Notes under the pieces: generated by a model
Databases searched by the model: none
What the model saw: the letters and a program-made list of their open reading frames with translations, nothing else
Told to the model about the DNA's origin: nothing
Position numbers and translations under genes: made by a program
In this document: piece by piece, positions 1 to 9,390 of the stretch
Layout of the letters: each line of letters starts with the position of its first letter
How positions within the stretch are numbered: position 1 is the first letter of the stretch
Assembly: GCA_002794465.1 (NCBI GenBank)
Contig: MTSL01000106.1
Location: 1 to 18,034 of the forward strand
DNA: 18,034 nt
Direction: 5' to 3'
From: Paramicrosporidium saccamoebae KSL3
Taxonomy: Eukaryota > Fungi > Cryptomycota

Positions 1-56
1 ACCATATAAATTCGATAAATCTTCACTTTTATATAAAATCTGATGCATTTTGCTGT

Positions 57-2968
57 TTATTCTCTACTATTGGGGTTCGATGGAGGTGGGGGATATCGAC
101 CATACAAATCTTCCACCCGTCGATTCGGCGGGGGACCGCGATGGAAAGCTCCCATTGAAGGCTGCATGGGACGCGGTGGACCCGACAGCACATGGAACGG
201 ATTCCCCTGTGGTGCAGCAAAAGGATATTGCCCCTGTTGGTACGACTGATGGGGTTGATGAGGCTGGTGGGGCTGATAATGCTGAGAGTCATAAGGACGA
301 GAGTCTCCTTGATGATGGGAATCTCTTTGGGGAGGCTGTTGATATGGATTCCTTTGGTAAGAGTCTTGTTGATGCGAATCTCTCTGGTACGCCTCTTGCT
401 GATACGAATCTCTTTGGTACGAGTCTTGTTGATGCGAATCTCTTTGGTAAGAGTCTCGTTGGTACTCTTGCTGATACCCTCTCTGTCCTCCTTGTCGTCC
501 CTGTCCTCTCTGTTGGTATCCTTCCCATTGTCCACCATTTCCTCTCCGTTGACCATCGGATTGGTATTCTCGCTTGCGTCCTGAATCACGTCTTTCATAA
601 TCTCTTCCATGCTCTTGATGCATGGAATGATGTCCAGGTCGTTCCAATTGCAATCTTCCCGGCATCCGTCGTGAGGCCATTCCCGATTGCACCGCACTAA
701 TGTCTTCAGGAGTGAGGATGCGGGATGGCGGTTGTGCCTCTGGGAGCAGCGTGGCTTTGTGTCGCAAATGTTTTCGGTCGTGGTATGGCACAAAGTAGAC
801 AAAACACGCCACTTGAACATCCTCAACATCTACACAGCCCTGTTCAGGCAACGGAGTGGAATAGGTACTCCCCAATCCGGGGAAATCAGCATCCTTCATC
901 ACCCCTCCCGCCAGTCCATCAGTCTCAGCCGGATCCAGTGAAGCAGAATGTTTTCCCTCCTCCAATCTTTTAACCAAATGTCTTGTCACCGGATGCCAGA
1001 TACTGAAAAATACTCGATCCTCTCCTCGAATGTTCATCTGCTGATCCGTAGGGTCCAACTCTGGATAGACCTTTTCAAGTGCACCAAGCAAACGCTCCTC
1101 ATCAATGAAGGGTAGGAGTACGACACCCTGCCAAGCTTGTTTCTTTCCATTCAGATCAATGGCAAAGTCTGTGGGATAAAAGTCAATCACCTCCGAGTCG
1201 TCCTCTGTCATTAGTCGACGGAATGGCTCTGGGACGAGCATCCGACTGTCAGCTGGGAATACACCCATCAACTGGTCAAAGGGTCGGAACGGCTCTCCCA
1301 GTTCAAACGAAATATCCAACTCTCCAATCCCAGTAAGATCGCTGGCAAATGGCGCAAAGTGATAAGGATAAAACCACTTCCAGGAGGGACATCCTTGATA
1401 ATAATATGCCATCACCCAACAGAGACCCTCCACATATGACTTGACCACTTGGGCAATGAACTCTTGATTGTCGGGTTCAATATGGAATTTGCTCCGGTAG
1501 TAGCGACCCTTGCAGCCCCGCTCCCAGAGACGGACATCATCCACAGGCTCATCATCTTGCAGGCTGGCTTCCAGGTGCGTCTTGAACGCCTGGGCAGCCA
1601 CTCTGTTAGCATCGCGCATCTCCAAAAGAGCATTTCCATTCGCAAACTCTCCCGATGGCGGTGTGGGCGTTTGGCTGTGGACCATTTCCCGTTCCGCATC
1701 GGCCATTTTTCTCCGCTTAATGTTTGCATCACGTCGTTCCTCCTTCTCTCGACGTTTCTGGAAGATCATCTCCTCCACCTTTCCTACATCATCAAGGATA
1801 TATTGCGCCCGCGACAATTCAACTGTGCCGTTGTGGCAGATGAAGCCACCCATTCGAGGGAGATTAGCCTTGTAGCTGTCCAAAAGAATGTCAATGGCAC
1901 CCTCACGGATTTCTAGACAGGGAAGATGCGGCAAAAAGTCGTTTCCCACAAAGAAGCACATAAAGATCCAATCGTCAATGGCCCGCTCCAAATCCCATTT
2001 GAAGGGGAGCTGAGTGGACGGCTTCAGTTCCGCCTCCAAATACTCTCTCAAGATGGAAACATCCAAGAAAATAAACGGCTTTTCCTTTATCGGCGCCATA
2101 GTAAAGGTGGGATCATTCTTGGCCCTCTCCACACATGAATCGGCGGCATGCCCTTTAACGCCGCAATGGCCACATGGCGTGTATTTAACCTGCTCCTCCG
2201 AGAAGACATCTTCTCGCAATACTTTAAAGTATGGTTCATGCGTAGCCATCGACAACATGATCAAATCTGCATCTAATCCATAAATCACGTGTTTCGTATG
2301 CGGATCGTAGTCGGGATCAAGTCGCTGGCGTCGGATGTAGTCCATAATCTTGTGCTCTCCCTCTCCAGGTACATTGGCGTCTGAAAAAATCACCTTGACG
2401 TTTCGCCAGGCTGGTTCTCGGTTCATACGTTCCACTATATAGTACTTGATGCTCGATGCAATTAATGCCATAAATTTCGTCCCGGGTGTGATGCAGTTGT
2501 AGTCGAAATAATCTCCACTGTCCTCCGCTTCCGTGCCAAGTTCGCTACGGATTTCAGCATCTTTTTCCGTCTTGTCACGACGTTCTTTGGCGGCCCGGAA
2601 GCGACGGGAACGCTGCTGATTCATTTTGGCTCGTGGGGCAACCCCGTCAATGGCCATGAACAGCAGTTTCCGAGGACGGATCATAGCAAAGATGCGGTCA
2701 ATGTACTTGAATATCTCTACCATCATTTCCTCCTCCGTCTCTGGCGCAGCCTATACATGAAACGGCGTGCCTAGGTTACCTTGTCCGTGGGGTGACAACA
2801 CGGATGGATAATCCCATTCATATCCAAATAGAGATTGTCAAACTCGCAGCCATTCGGATTGGCAGCCAGCAAGTCCAGTGGCGCTCCTTCTGAGGATGCC
2901 TCTACCACATTTCCCACAGTTTTTGGATACTTTGAGGACAACCAGCGAAATAGTGCTGGAACTCCCAT
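57..2968 (-). CDS. XRN2: 5'-3' exoribonuclease 2 (Xrn2/Rat1); complement(join(57..2750,2780..2968)), about 960 aa
   Basis: Canonical start [90 protein letters not shown], and a CX2CX4HX4C knuckle ([14 protein letters not shown]). A 29-nt intron at 2751-2779 (GTAACC..TATAG) joins HPTDK to [10 protein letters not shown] in frame. Confidence 0.97.
346..465. repeat. Coding tandem repeat, 8 x 15 bp with 30-bp periodicity, encoding (Y/H)Q(R/Q)DS pentapeptides in the Xrn2 C-terminal tail
   Basis: Units include gagtcttgttgatgc (361-375 = 421-435) and gaatctctttggta(c/a) (406-420, 436-450), with degenerate units continuing to about 301 and 480. Confidence 0.9.
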
Positions 2969-2989
2969 ACTTTGACCAGGGGAGTCACA

Positions 2990-3892
2990 ATGGGTCCGGA
3001 TGTCTACTGGGACAGTCTAACGGTGGAACGAACACTGAATGTTGATTGGCACACCAAATACATTGCTCTACTTGTTAACATACAATCCGATGCTCATCCG
3101 GACGGGGCAAGGTCCGTGTTGCTGGCTACTCGCCAAGGATTCGACACTGCCCAGCACCTCTTGAATCTCTTCAGGTCGGCCTCTACCCAGCGTGAGCTCA
3201 CGCTACTAGACCATAACGACATTTACTATCGCTTTCTTGTGGGCACTGATGGTGCTGCAGATTGCAAGTTGACTCTCATTCATCCGGCTACTCCTGCTCA
3301 TATCGCAAAATACACCCGTCAGGACCGCATGATTGTCGCTGAAACGCCGGTTATGTACCGATCGATTGTGCTTCCCTGGATTGACGCCCATGGCTCGTCC
3401 CGTCTCAAATGGATAGAGAACATTCTCAATGGAACCAGCGAGCAGGATCGTCTACTGCACCGAAGCGACGATCCCACCAACGGGTTCGTTCTCCTTCCCG
3501 ACTGCAAATGGGACCAGACCTCCCTGACAAGTCTGTATCTTTTGGCCATCCTTTCTCGACGGGATGTGCGTTCGTTGAGAGATTTGACCGCTGAACACCT
3601 CCCAGTCCTCAAAGAAATACGACGAGTTGTTTATCAGGCCGCTCTGGATTCATACAAGCTCGATCCGCGCAAGTTGCGAATGTATGTACATTATCTTCCC
3701 ACCTATTATTATTTCCACGTCCATATCGTCCATGTTGATTTGGAAGCACCCGGCTGTGCTGTCGGTGCTGCCCACTTGCTCGACGACATTATCGATAACA
3801 TTGAACACATTTCCAACGACTATTATCAGCGCAGGACATTGCATTACTATATTGGAACAGAGCATGAACTTTGTCCATTATTAAAGCAATAA
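2990..3892 (+). CDS. DCPS: m7GpppX diphosphatase (scavenger decapping enzyme DcpS/Dcs1), about 300 aa
   Basis: [24 protein letters not shown], and the HIT-type motif [17 protein letters not shown]. The ORF-track start at 2972 is a TTG; the first ATG is at 2990. Confidence 0.93.
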   Translation: MGPDVYWDSLTVERTLNVDWHTKYIALLVNIQSDAHPDGARSVLLATRQGFDTAQHLLNLFRSASTQRELTLLDHNDIYYRFLVGTDGAADCKLTLIHPATPAHIAKYTRQDRMIVAETPVMYRSIVLPWIDAHGSSRLKWIENILNGTSEQDRLLHRSDDPTNGFVLLPDCKWDQTSLTSLYLLAILSRRDVRSLRDLTAEHLPVLKEIRRVVYQAALDSYKLDPRKLRMYVHYLPTYYYFHVHIVHVDLEAPGCAVGAAHLLDDIIDNIEHISNDYYQRRTLHYYIGTEHELCPLLKQ

Positions 3893-4024
3893 ATGTGGTC
3901 ATGTTCATGGTGACCTTTAATAAGCATTCAACTAGAGACTCCAAGAGGTTCTCAAATTGTGATAGAGGGCATTTAGTCAGAGATTACAGGAAATGTATAC
4001 AGGGAGATGATATGGGGAGCGTCA

Positions 4025-4945
4025 TCATTTCGAAATGGACTGGATATGTAGAAATACTGAGGAAAAGTCTTTTTGTCCCATACGTTCTGCTAGGGTGCGA
4101 TACATTTCGGTGGCAATCGCACCGGTGGGGAGTGCGGCGCCGCATCGTTGAGCCTCCTCCAGAGCCAACATCATGTCCTTGACCATCAGCTTTGTTGCGA
4201 ATCCGCCCGCATACTCGGAGGAGGAGGGCACACCAGCCATGATTCCTGGTACTGGATTGTAAGTCTCGCTGGACCATGATCGACCGCTGCTCGAGTTGAT
4301 CACGGCAGAGAGCACCTTTGGATCCAGTCCCAATCGACCTCCAAGATGCAATGCCTCGGACAGAACAACCATTGAAACCCCGAGGATGAGATTGTTGCAA
4401 ATCTTGGCGACCTGACCGCTCCCAGATCCTCCACAATGGAAAATGTTCTTGCCCATGGCCTGGAATAAATCTTTGTTGGTCTCTAACACCTGCGGATCGC
4501 CACCCACAAGAAAACTAAGAGTTCCTGCCGCAGCACCCTTAACACCACCCGAGACGGGTGCATCCAGGAAATTCACTTGGTGTCGGATGGCCGTTTTGGA
4601 AATCTTTTCCTCAACCCCAGGAGAGACAGTGCTGCAATCTATCAGGGTATTATTTTGTTTTGCATGGGCAACCAGGCCGTCACTGCCCAGATAGACATTG
4701 TTCACGATGGAATTATTCGGAAGCATTGTGATTATCCGGGGACAAGTGCTAGCCAACTCCGACAGGGATTTTGCATGTTTTGCAAATTCACGCATCTTGG
4801 CGGAGTCTGTGTCATGAACAACGACGTCGTAGCCCGCCTTGGCGAGATTCCGGGCCATCGGACTGCCCATATGGCCCAGCCCGACGAACCCAACTGTCTT
4901 GCTAGTGGCACTGTAATGCCGCCTCAATGTTGTCCACATACGCAT
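4025..4945 (-). CDS. HIBADH: 3-hydroxyisobutyrate dehydrogenase, mitochondrial, 306 aa
   Basis: Rossmann motif VGFVGLGHMGSPMA, DAPVSGG, catalytic GSGQVAKICNN, SSGRSWSSETYNPVPG, GGFATKLMVKD. The N-terminus is Arg-rich and presequence-like (MRMWTTLRRHYS). Confidence 0.93.
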   Translation of the reverse strand: MRMWTTLRRHYSATSKTVGFVGLGHMGSPMARNLAKAGYDVVVHDTDSAKMREFAKHAKSLSELASTCPRIITMLPNNSIVNNVYLGSDGLVAHAKQNNTLIDCSTVSPGVEEKISKTAIRHQVNFLDAPVSGGVKGAAAGTLSFLVGGDPQVLETNKDLFQAMGKNIFHCGGSGSGQVAKICNNLILGVSMVVLSEALHLGGRLGLDPKVLSAVINSSSGRSWSSETYNPVPGIMAGVPSSSEYAGGFATKLMVKDMMLALEEAQRCGAALPTGAIATEMYRTLAERMGQKDFSSVFLHIQSISK

Positions 4946-5038
4946 GACTGTTTACGTTGTACTACAAATAAATTTATCTTTATCCCGAAAAGGACGTGGG
5001 CAGAATAAATTAGTCGTTTCGCACCATTAGACTCAGAA

Positions 5039-6482
5039 ATGGTACCACAGACCTTTTCGCCCTGCACAATGGCGCCGCGCCAGCCGTACGACAAAATGGC
5101 GTGCGGTATCCTGTCCGCACCGCTCACCTCTAGTGATGGTAGGGCTGCCGGCGCGTGGCAAGACGTACATTGCGCAAAAAGCAAGTCGATATTTGAACTG
5201 GCTGGGCATCTTGACGCGTGTCTTCAATGTAGGGGATTATCGACGCAAGTTTTGCGGAGCTGAGCAGCGCCATGCCTTTTTCGACGCCAAGAATTGCGAG
5301 GCGGAGGAACGAAGGGCAGCGGCAGCCGAGGCGGCATTGGCGGATATGATGGAATGGCTACGGACCACGGAGGGACAGGTGGCCATTTACGACGCTACCA
5401 ACACAACCACGCAGCGACGGGAAATGATCCAAAAAGCATGTGAAAAGGAGGGAGTGTCGGTATGCGCCGGGGATGACTAAGTTGTAGGTCTTGTTCATAG
5501 AGTCCATCTGCCACGACCAAGAGTTGATTCTGGCCAACATCCGGGAGGTAAAGCTCAGCAGTCCCGACTATGCCAATGTTGACTCTGACACGGCCGTGGC
5601 GGACTTTACCGAGCGCATCCAACACTATGCCGAGATCTACCAAACGCTTGACGAAGACGGCCCCGAGGAGCGCTCTTCCTTTGTCAAACTGATCGATGTG
5701 GGTGCCAAGGTGATTATCAATCGCATCCACGACTATCGCCAGAGTCGGATCATTTTCTTCCTAATGAATCTGCACATTAAGCCCCGGTCCATATTCATAT
5801 CAAGAGTAAGCAGAGATTATTATTGACAATGTTGTAGCACGGCGAGACAACCCACAATGTAAAGGGACGGATTGGAGGTGATGCGAGTCTCAGTGACCGA
5901 GGTCTGCAGTTTGCTACGGCACTGCCGGCAGTGGTGCGTCAGATCCACGGCGCTGCGCCCCTGACAGTGTGGACAAGCACTTTGCGTCGTACCATGCAAA
6001 CTGCCAAACATATGGACTGTCCAAAGTTGCAATGGAAGGCGTTGGATGAGCTGGATGCAGGGGTTTGTGATGGTCTCACCTATGAAGAGATTGAGACACA
6101 GTACCCCGAGGACTTTTGTTTGCGCGATTCGGACAAATTCCATTTCCGCTACCGGGGCGGTGAATCATATGCAGATTTGGTGCTGCGCCTGGAGCCGATC
6201 ATCATGGAGGTGGAACGACAGGAGAACATTATGATCATTGGTCATCAAGCAGTGCTACGCGCCATCCTTGCATACTTCCTGAACAAGCCGCATGACGAGC
6301 TGCCTTATCTGAAGATTCCCCTGCACATGCTCATCCAATTGACGCCGCGAGCCTACGGATGTCAAGTGACTTACTATCGCGTGGGTATTGACGCGGTGGA
6401 TACGTATCGCGGACGACCAGGGACAATAGTGCCTTGTTCTCCTGAATCCATCAATATTCCCAGCCCGCTACCTGTCGAATAA
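5039..6482 (+). CDS. PFKFB: Bifunctional 6-phosphofructo-2-kinase/fructose-2,6-bisphosphatase; join(5039..5105,5134..5459,5488..5805,5838..6482), about 451 aa
   Basis: P-loop VMVGLPARGKT, FNVGDYRR, AIYDATNTT, FIESIC, SRHGET and LDELDAG..GLTYEE, YRGGESY. Introns at 5106-5133 (28 nt), 5460-5487 (28 nt) and 5806-5837 (32 nt) restore these motifs. The start could instead be the ATG at 5069. Confidence 0.93.
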
Positions 6483-6622
6483 CCAACAGCCATCCGCAAG
6501 AGAATATATAAAGGATTCAAAATAAGGGATCCCAACTAAAGGATCAGAGAGGAAGTAAAAATAAAGGCTCTCTCAGTGAAATTGTAATGTATTATAGCAT
6601 ATCTATGACTCAGGACGGAGGA

Positions 6623-6637
6623 TCTCTCAGTGAGAGA
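6623..6637. repeat. 7-1-7 palindrome TCTCTCA-G-TGAGAGA; its left 11 bp also occur at 6569-6579
   Basis: Read directly from the sequence; function unknown. Confidence 0.7.
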
Positions 6638-6762
6638 GTATGTTAGCACATGGTACTAAACAGTATCCGCTTACTATTGGTAGTACTGATAGCTATCCGA
6701 TAACCCAACCAGGTCATCGCGGGTGTCGCATAGTGGGGGATAAATAGTATGGACTGTCAGGT

Positions 6763-6997
6763 GGGAAAGGGGGGGTTTGTTCACTGCTAATCTTAGAATA
6801 GTATGGATATACATCTCACTGTCCTTGGATACCCAGCAAAGCGATCCATTCTAGCACACAAATACCCAACTAATCAATCCTCTGGCTCTACGTCACATAG
6901 TCAACTAATCAATCCTCTGGCTCTACGTCATGGTGAGGATGGCGGCCTATAAAGACGCCACAAACTTTTCAATAGAGGTAATATGCTCATCAACACA
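6763..6997 (+). mobile_element. Candidate retrotransposon remnant: polypurine tract plus a single LTR-like segment
   Basis: Purine tract GGGAAAGGGGGGG (6763-6775), then TT and TGTT at 6778. The segment contains a 29-bp duplication, TATAAA (6948-6953) and AATAGA (6971-6976), and ends ..TCAACA(CA) at 6995/6997 followed by TGG. No second LTR, target-site duplication or pol remnant is seen. Confidence 0.35.
6867..6930. repeat. Perfect 29-bp direct repeat (caactaatcaatcctctggctctacgtca) x2 with a 6-bp spacer
   Basis: Copies at 6867-6895 and 6902-6930; spacer catagt. Confidence 0.95.
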
Positions 6998-7080
6998 TGG
7001 CCTGTTCACTGCAAATATCATAAATGTATGACGGATCAAACTCCCCCGTCTTTACTAAAAACCTCACAACTTACATCTAT

Positions 7081-8707
7081 TTACACTAGACCCACGAGAT
7101 GGCCTGGGATTGTGTTGATTTGCCACACCCGGAGGGGCAACATTTCCAGTCGTCGGATTGCCGGAATCAGATAGAAGCGAGTCAGCAACATGCCCGTCAT
7201 TACACAGACCGTGTTGACAATGTAATAGCCGTCCAGGATCACAGTGCACGTGTCTGCAACGCATTTATGCACTGTAAACCAATCAACCGCCGCCATGAGA
7301 AACAGCTTTGGCCACACCCCACCCAGATTGGTAAGGGTGTTGAGGAGCGTCATGTATGTCCCACCGACGGCGGGATCGCTGATCATGGAGAAAAAGGAGC
7401 TCATTGAGACGAACATGACTGTCGAGGCAAAGGACGACACAACCGTTAACAGTGTCACTACCAAAAAGTATCCATTTCCTACACCGACAGTAGGGAATCC
7501 CGCCAGGACGAACATGGCCAGGACGGCAATGGTCAATTTAAAGTATAGTGCATGCTGCCAGGCCCACAGAGGACGGCCATTCTGCGACCATCGCGCTGCC
7601 ACAAATCCCACCACAATTTGACACGGGAAATCAATGAGCACCGTCATGGCCAACTTTTCGCGTGGGAAGCCGCGTTCAATCAGCTTCAATGGCGCAATTG
7701 CATCCAGCGCCAGAAAACCAATGCGCCACAATAGCAGCACCGATCCCAGACGACGCACATTGGGCAGTGATACGATCCGGAGAACTGTGCCATATGCCCC
7801 TGCAATGTTTTTGGGCACAAATTGCTGTATCATCAGCGGCTCTCGTTTCATAAGCGCCACGGCAAGTGTTCCCAAAATTGACGCCCATCCCCAGAACCGC
7901 AGAAACGAGGAAATCTCAAATACGCCCACCCCCAATGGTTCGCTTCGCAGGTAATTATCGCTATAATTAATAAGCACGGGGATGTACCAGAATTCGGCCG
8001 AGTTGAGGGCCAGGAACACGGTAAACGAGACGAAATAGCCGCTGTTGAGACCGACGGTCTGACAGGTGGAGGAAAAGTGTACATGTTCCGGATCCAACAG
8101 GGTCAATGCCCATCCTACAGATCAGTCGTTGCATCAGACGTACCATCTACTGCAATGTCCTGCGTTGCACACAGGAGGATAAACAGTGTAAACACCAAAG
8201 TCATTGTGCCAATGTCGAGATCAGCATTATCCAGCCATCCCTCCACCCGTCCGCTGATTAATAGGAACCCAAGGCCAATCAGTAGTTGAGTGGGGATGAT
8301 CCACGACTTTCTCCTACCAATCTTCCGCCAAAAGTACGAGTCCACTATGGGCGACCATAGCAGTTTTAGACTGTATGGATAGCCGGCCAGCGAGAACAAT
8401 CCAAGGTCCGTAAAGGTCAGACTCTGGCCACCGCGACTCTTCAATAGGTATGGCAAGGTCCCATGTACCAGACCCAATGGAATTCCTTGCAAAAAATCTA
8501 GCCATCACCAACGGCACGGCTGAAGGTACATAGGAAAATTAGAAGCGCGTAGTTGGTCCCTTGTGTCAACGCAGTACGACGTTCTCCGTGGAGTATGCCC
8601 GAGGCAGTGGCTGCCCGTCCACGGCCTTTCAGGAGATCGCCCAGTAACAGCGACTCAGCCGACGACTCTTCGCCCAACGAGTATCGAGAGCGCGACTTGG
8701 GATTCAT
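7081..8707 (-). CDS. SLC33A1: Acetyl-CoA transporter (AT-1/SLC33A1 family, MFS); complement(join(7081..7960,7988..8114,8144..8497,8530..8707)), about 512 aa
   Basis: LLIFLYFLQGIPLGL, YPYSLKLLWSPIVDS, GRRKSWIIPTQ, ATQDIAVDGWALT, STCQTVGLNSGYF, DPAVGGTYMTLLNTLTNLGG. Introns at 8498-8529 (32 nt), 8115-8143 (29 nt) and 7961-7987 (27 nt, gives AEFCDNYL). Confidence 0.92.
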
Positions 8708-8773
8708 AGGGCCCGGTCCATCAACATGTCCTAATTGGGCCACAATTTACACCGTCGCTTGCTATTTCCAGCA

Positions 8774-9189
8774 ATGCCCATTGAAGACCGAATACGTTCT
8801 CCACACATTCCCATTCCCCGAGAGGTGCTAACCCAGCTGGACACCGGTACCAGAGCTGAGCTGTCTGTGCCCATGTGACTGTAGACGTGTCCATCTTTGA
8901 CAAAACTGCGTTTATTTCGCAAATATTGCAGAATTGCTCATGGAATCAGCTAGAGGACATTGACTCTACCATTTCTGACGACATTGTCAGGCTGCGCACC
9001 GCCAAAAAGACTCTCATGTCAGAAAACTATGCCAAATTCATCACCGTCCATGAACATCTCCAAAAGGTAGCACGTCCCCCTCTATGCATTCTTACCCTTT
9101 AGCTGAAGGAAAATTTGACAGCTGCAGTGGCGACGATGGAGCAGATGCAGGAAATTGTTGAGGGCGAACTGCAGGAGTCTGACCAATGA
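8774..9189 (+). CDS. VPS51: Small Vps51/Vps67-domain protein (CATCHR tethering-complex N-terminal domain); join(8774..8846,8885..9066,9103..9189), about 113 aa
   Basis: LDTDVSIFDKTAFISQILQN..L..I..L....KTLMSENYAKFI resembles the Vps51/Exo84/Cog1 N-terminal motif (FD...Y...L...KTLVYENYNKFI). Introns at 8847-8884 (38 nt) and 9067-9102 (36 nt) fit the frame. Which subunit it is remains uncertain. Confidence 0.65.
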
Positions 9190-9238
9190 AAAATCAGCTT
9201 GGAATCCCATAATTTCGAACTATTAAATTCTACGGGGG

Positions 9239-9246
9239 TATATAAA
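9239..9246 (+). promoter_or_regulatory. TATA box of the U6 gene (Pol III)
   Basis: TATATAAA starts 30 bp upstream of the predicted U6 +1 at 9269. Confidence 0.7.
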
Positions 9247-9268
9247 GGACGCCCGCCCCAGTGCTCCT

Positions 9269-9291
9269 GTGGTGTCTCCGGACCCACGCCA

Positions 9292-9325
<34 letters not shown>

Positions 9326-9390
9326 TGCCCCTGCGCAAGGATGACAATCTAAACTTGAGATGGATCAGGTGTTTACACCTGGCAATTTTT
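9269..9390 (+). ncRNA. U6: U6 spliceosomal snRNA (variant)
   Basis: Core ACTAAAATTGGAACGATACAGAGAAGATTAGCATTGCCCCTGCGCAAGGATGACA, with ACAGAGA at 9309-9315 and the AGC triad at 9321-9323. A 5' stem-loop GTGG(T)GTC-TCCG-GACCCAC spans 9269-9287. Upstream TATA and downstream T8. Confidence 0.95.

Noticed and set aside
29-829. Overlapping ORFs 50..700 (+), 192..584 (+), 29..829 (-) and 289..528 (-) over the XRN2 tail; five of six frames are open at 289-528
   Set aside because: Explained by the stop-poor 15-bp repeat. None has a recognisable domain, and the XRN2 frame is continuous.
6756-6875. RNase P/MRP-like words (TCAGGTGGGAAA; ACACAAATACCCAACTA; CCGCTTACT at 6667-6675)
   Set aside because: The P4 strands do not pair properly, the bulged U is missing and the spacing is too short. 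Not supportable without a covariance search.
6867-6930. CRISPR-like reading of the 29-bp repeat
   Set aside because: Two copies, a 6-bp spacer, a eukaryotic context and no cas genes.
6583-7075. Alternative element boundaries TGTAA...TTACA
   Set aside because: Only a 5-bp inverted match, and the flanks (gaaat vs tctat) give no target-site duplication.
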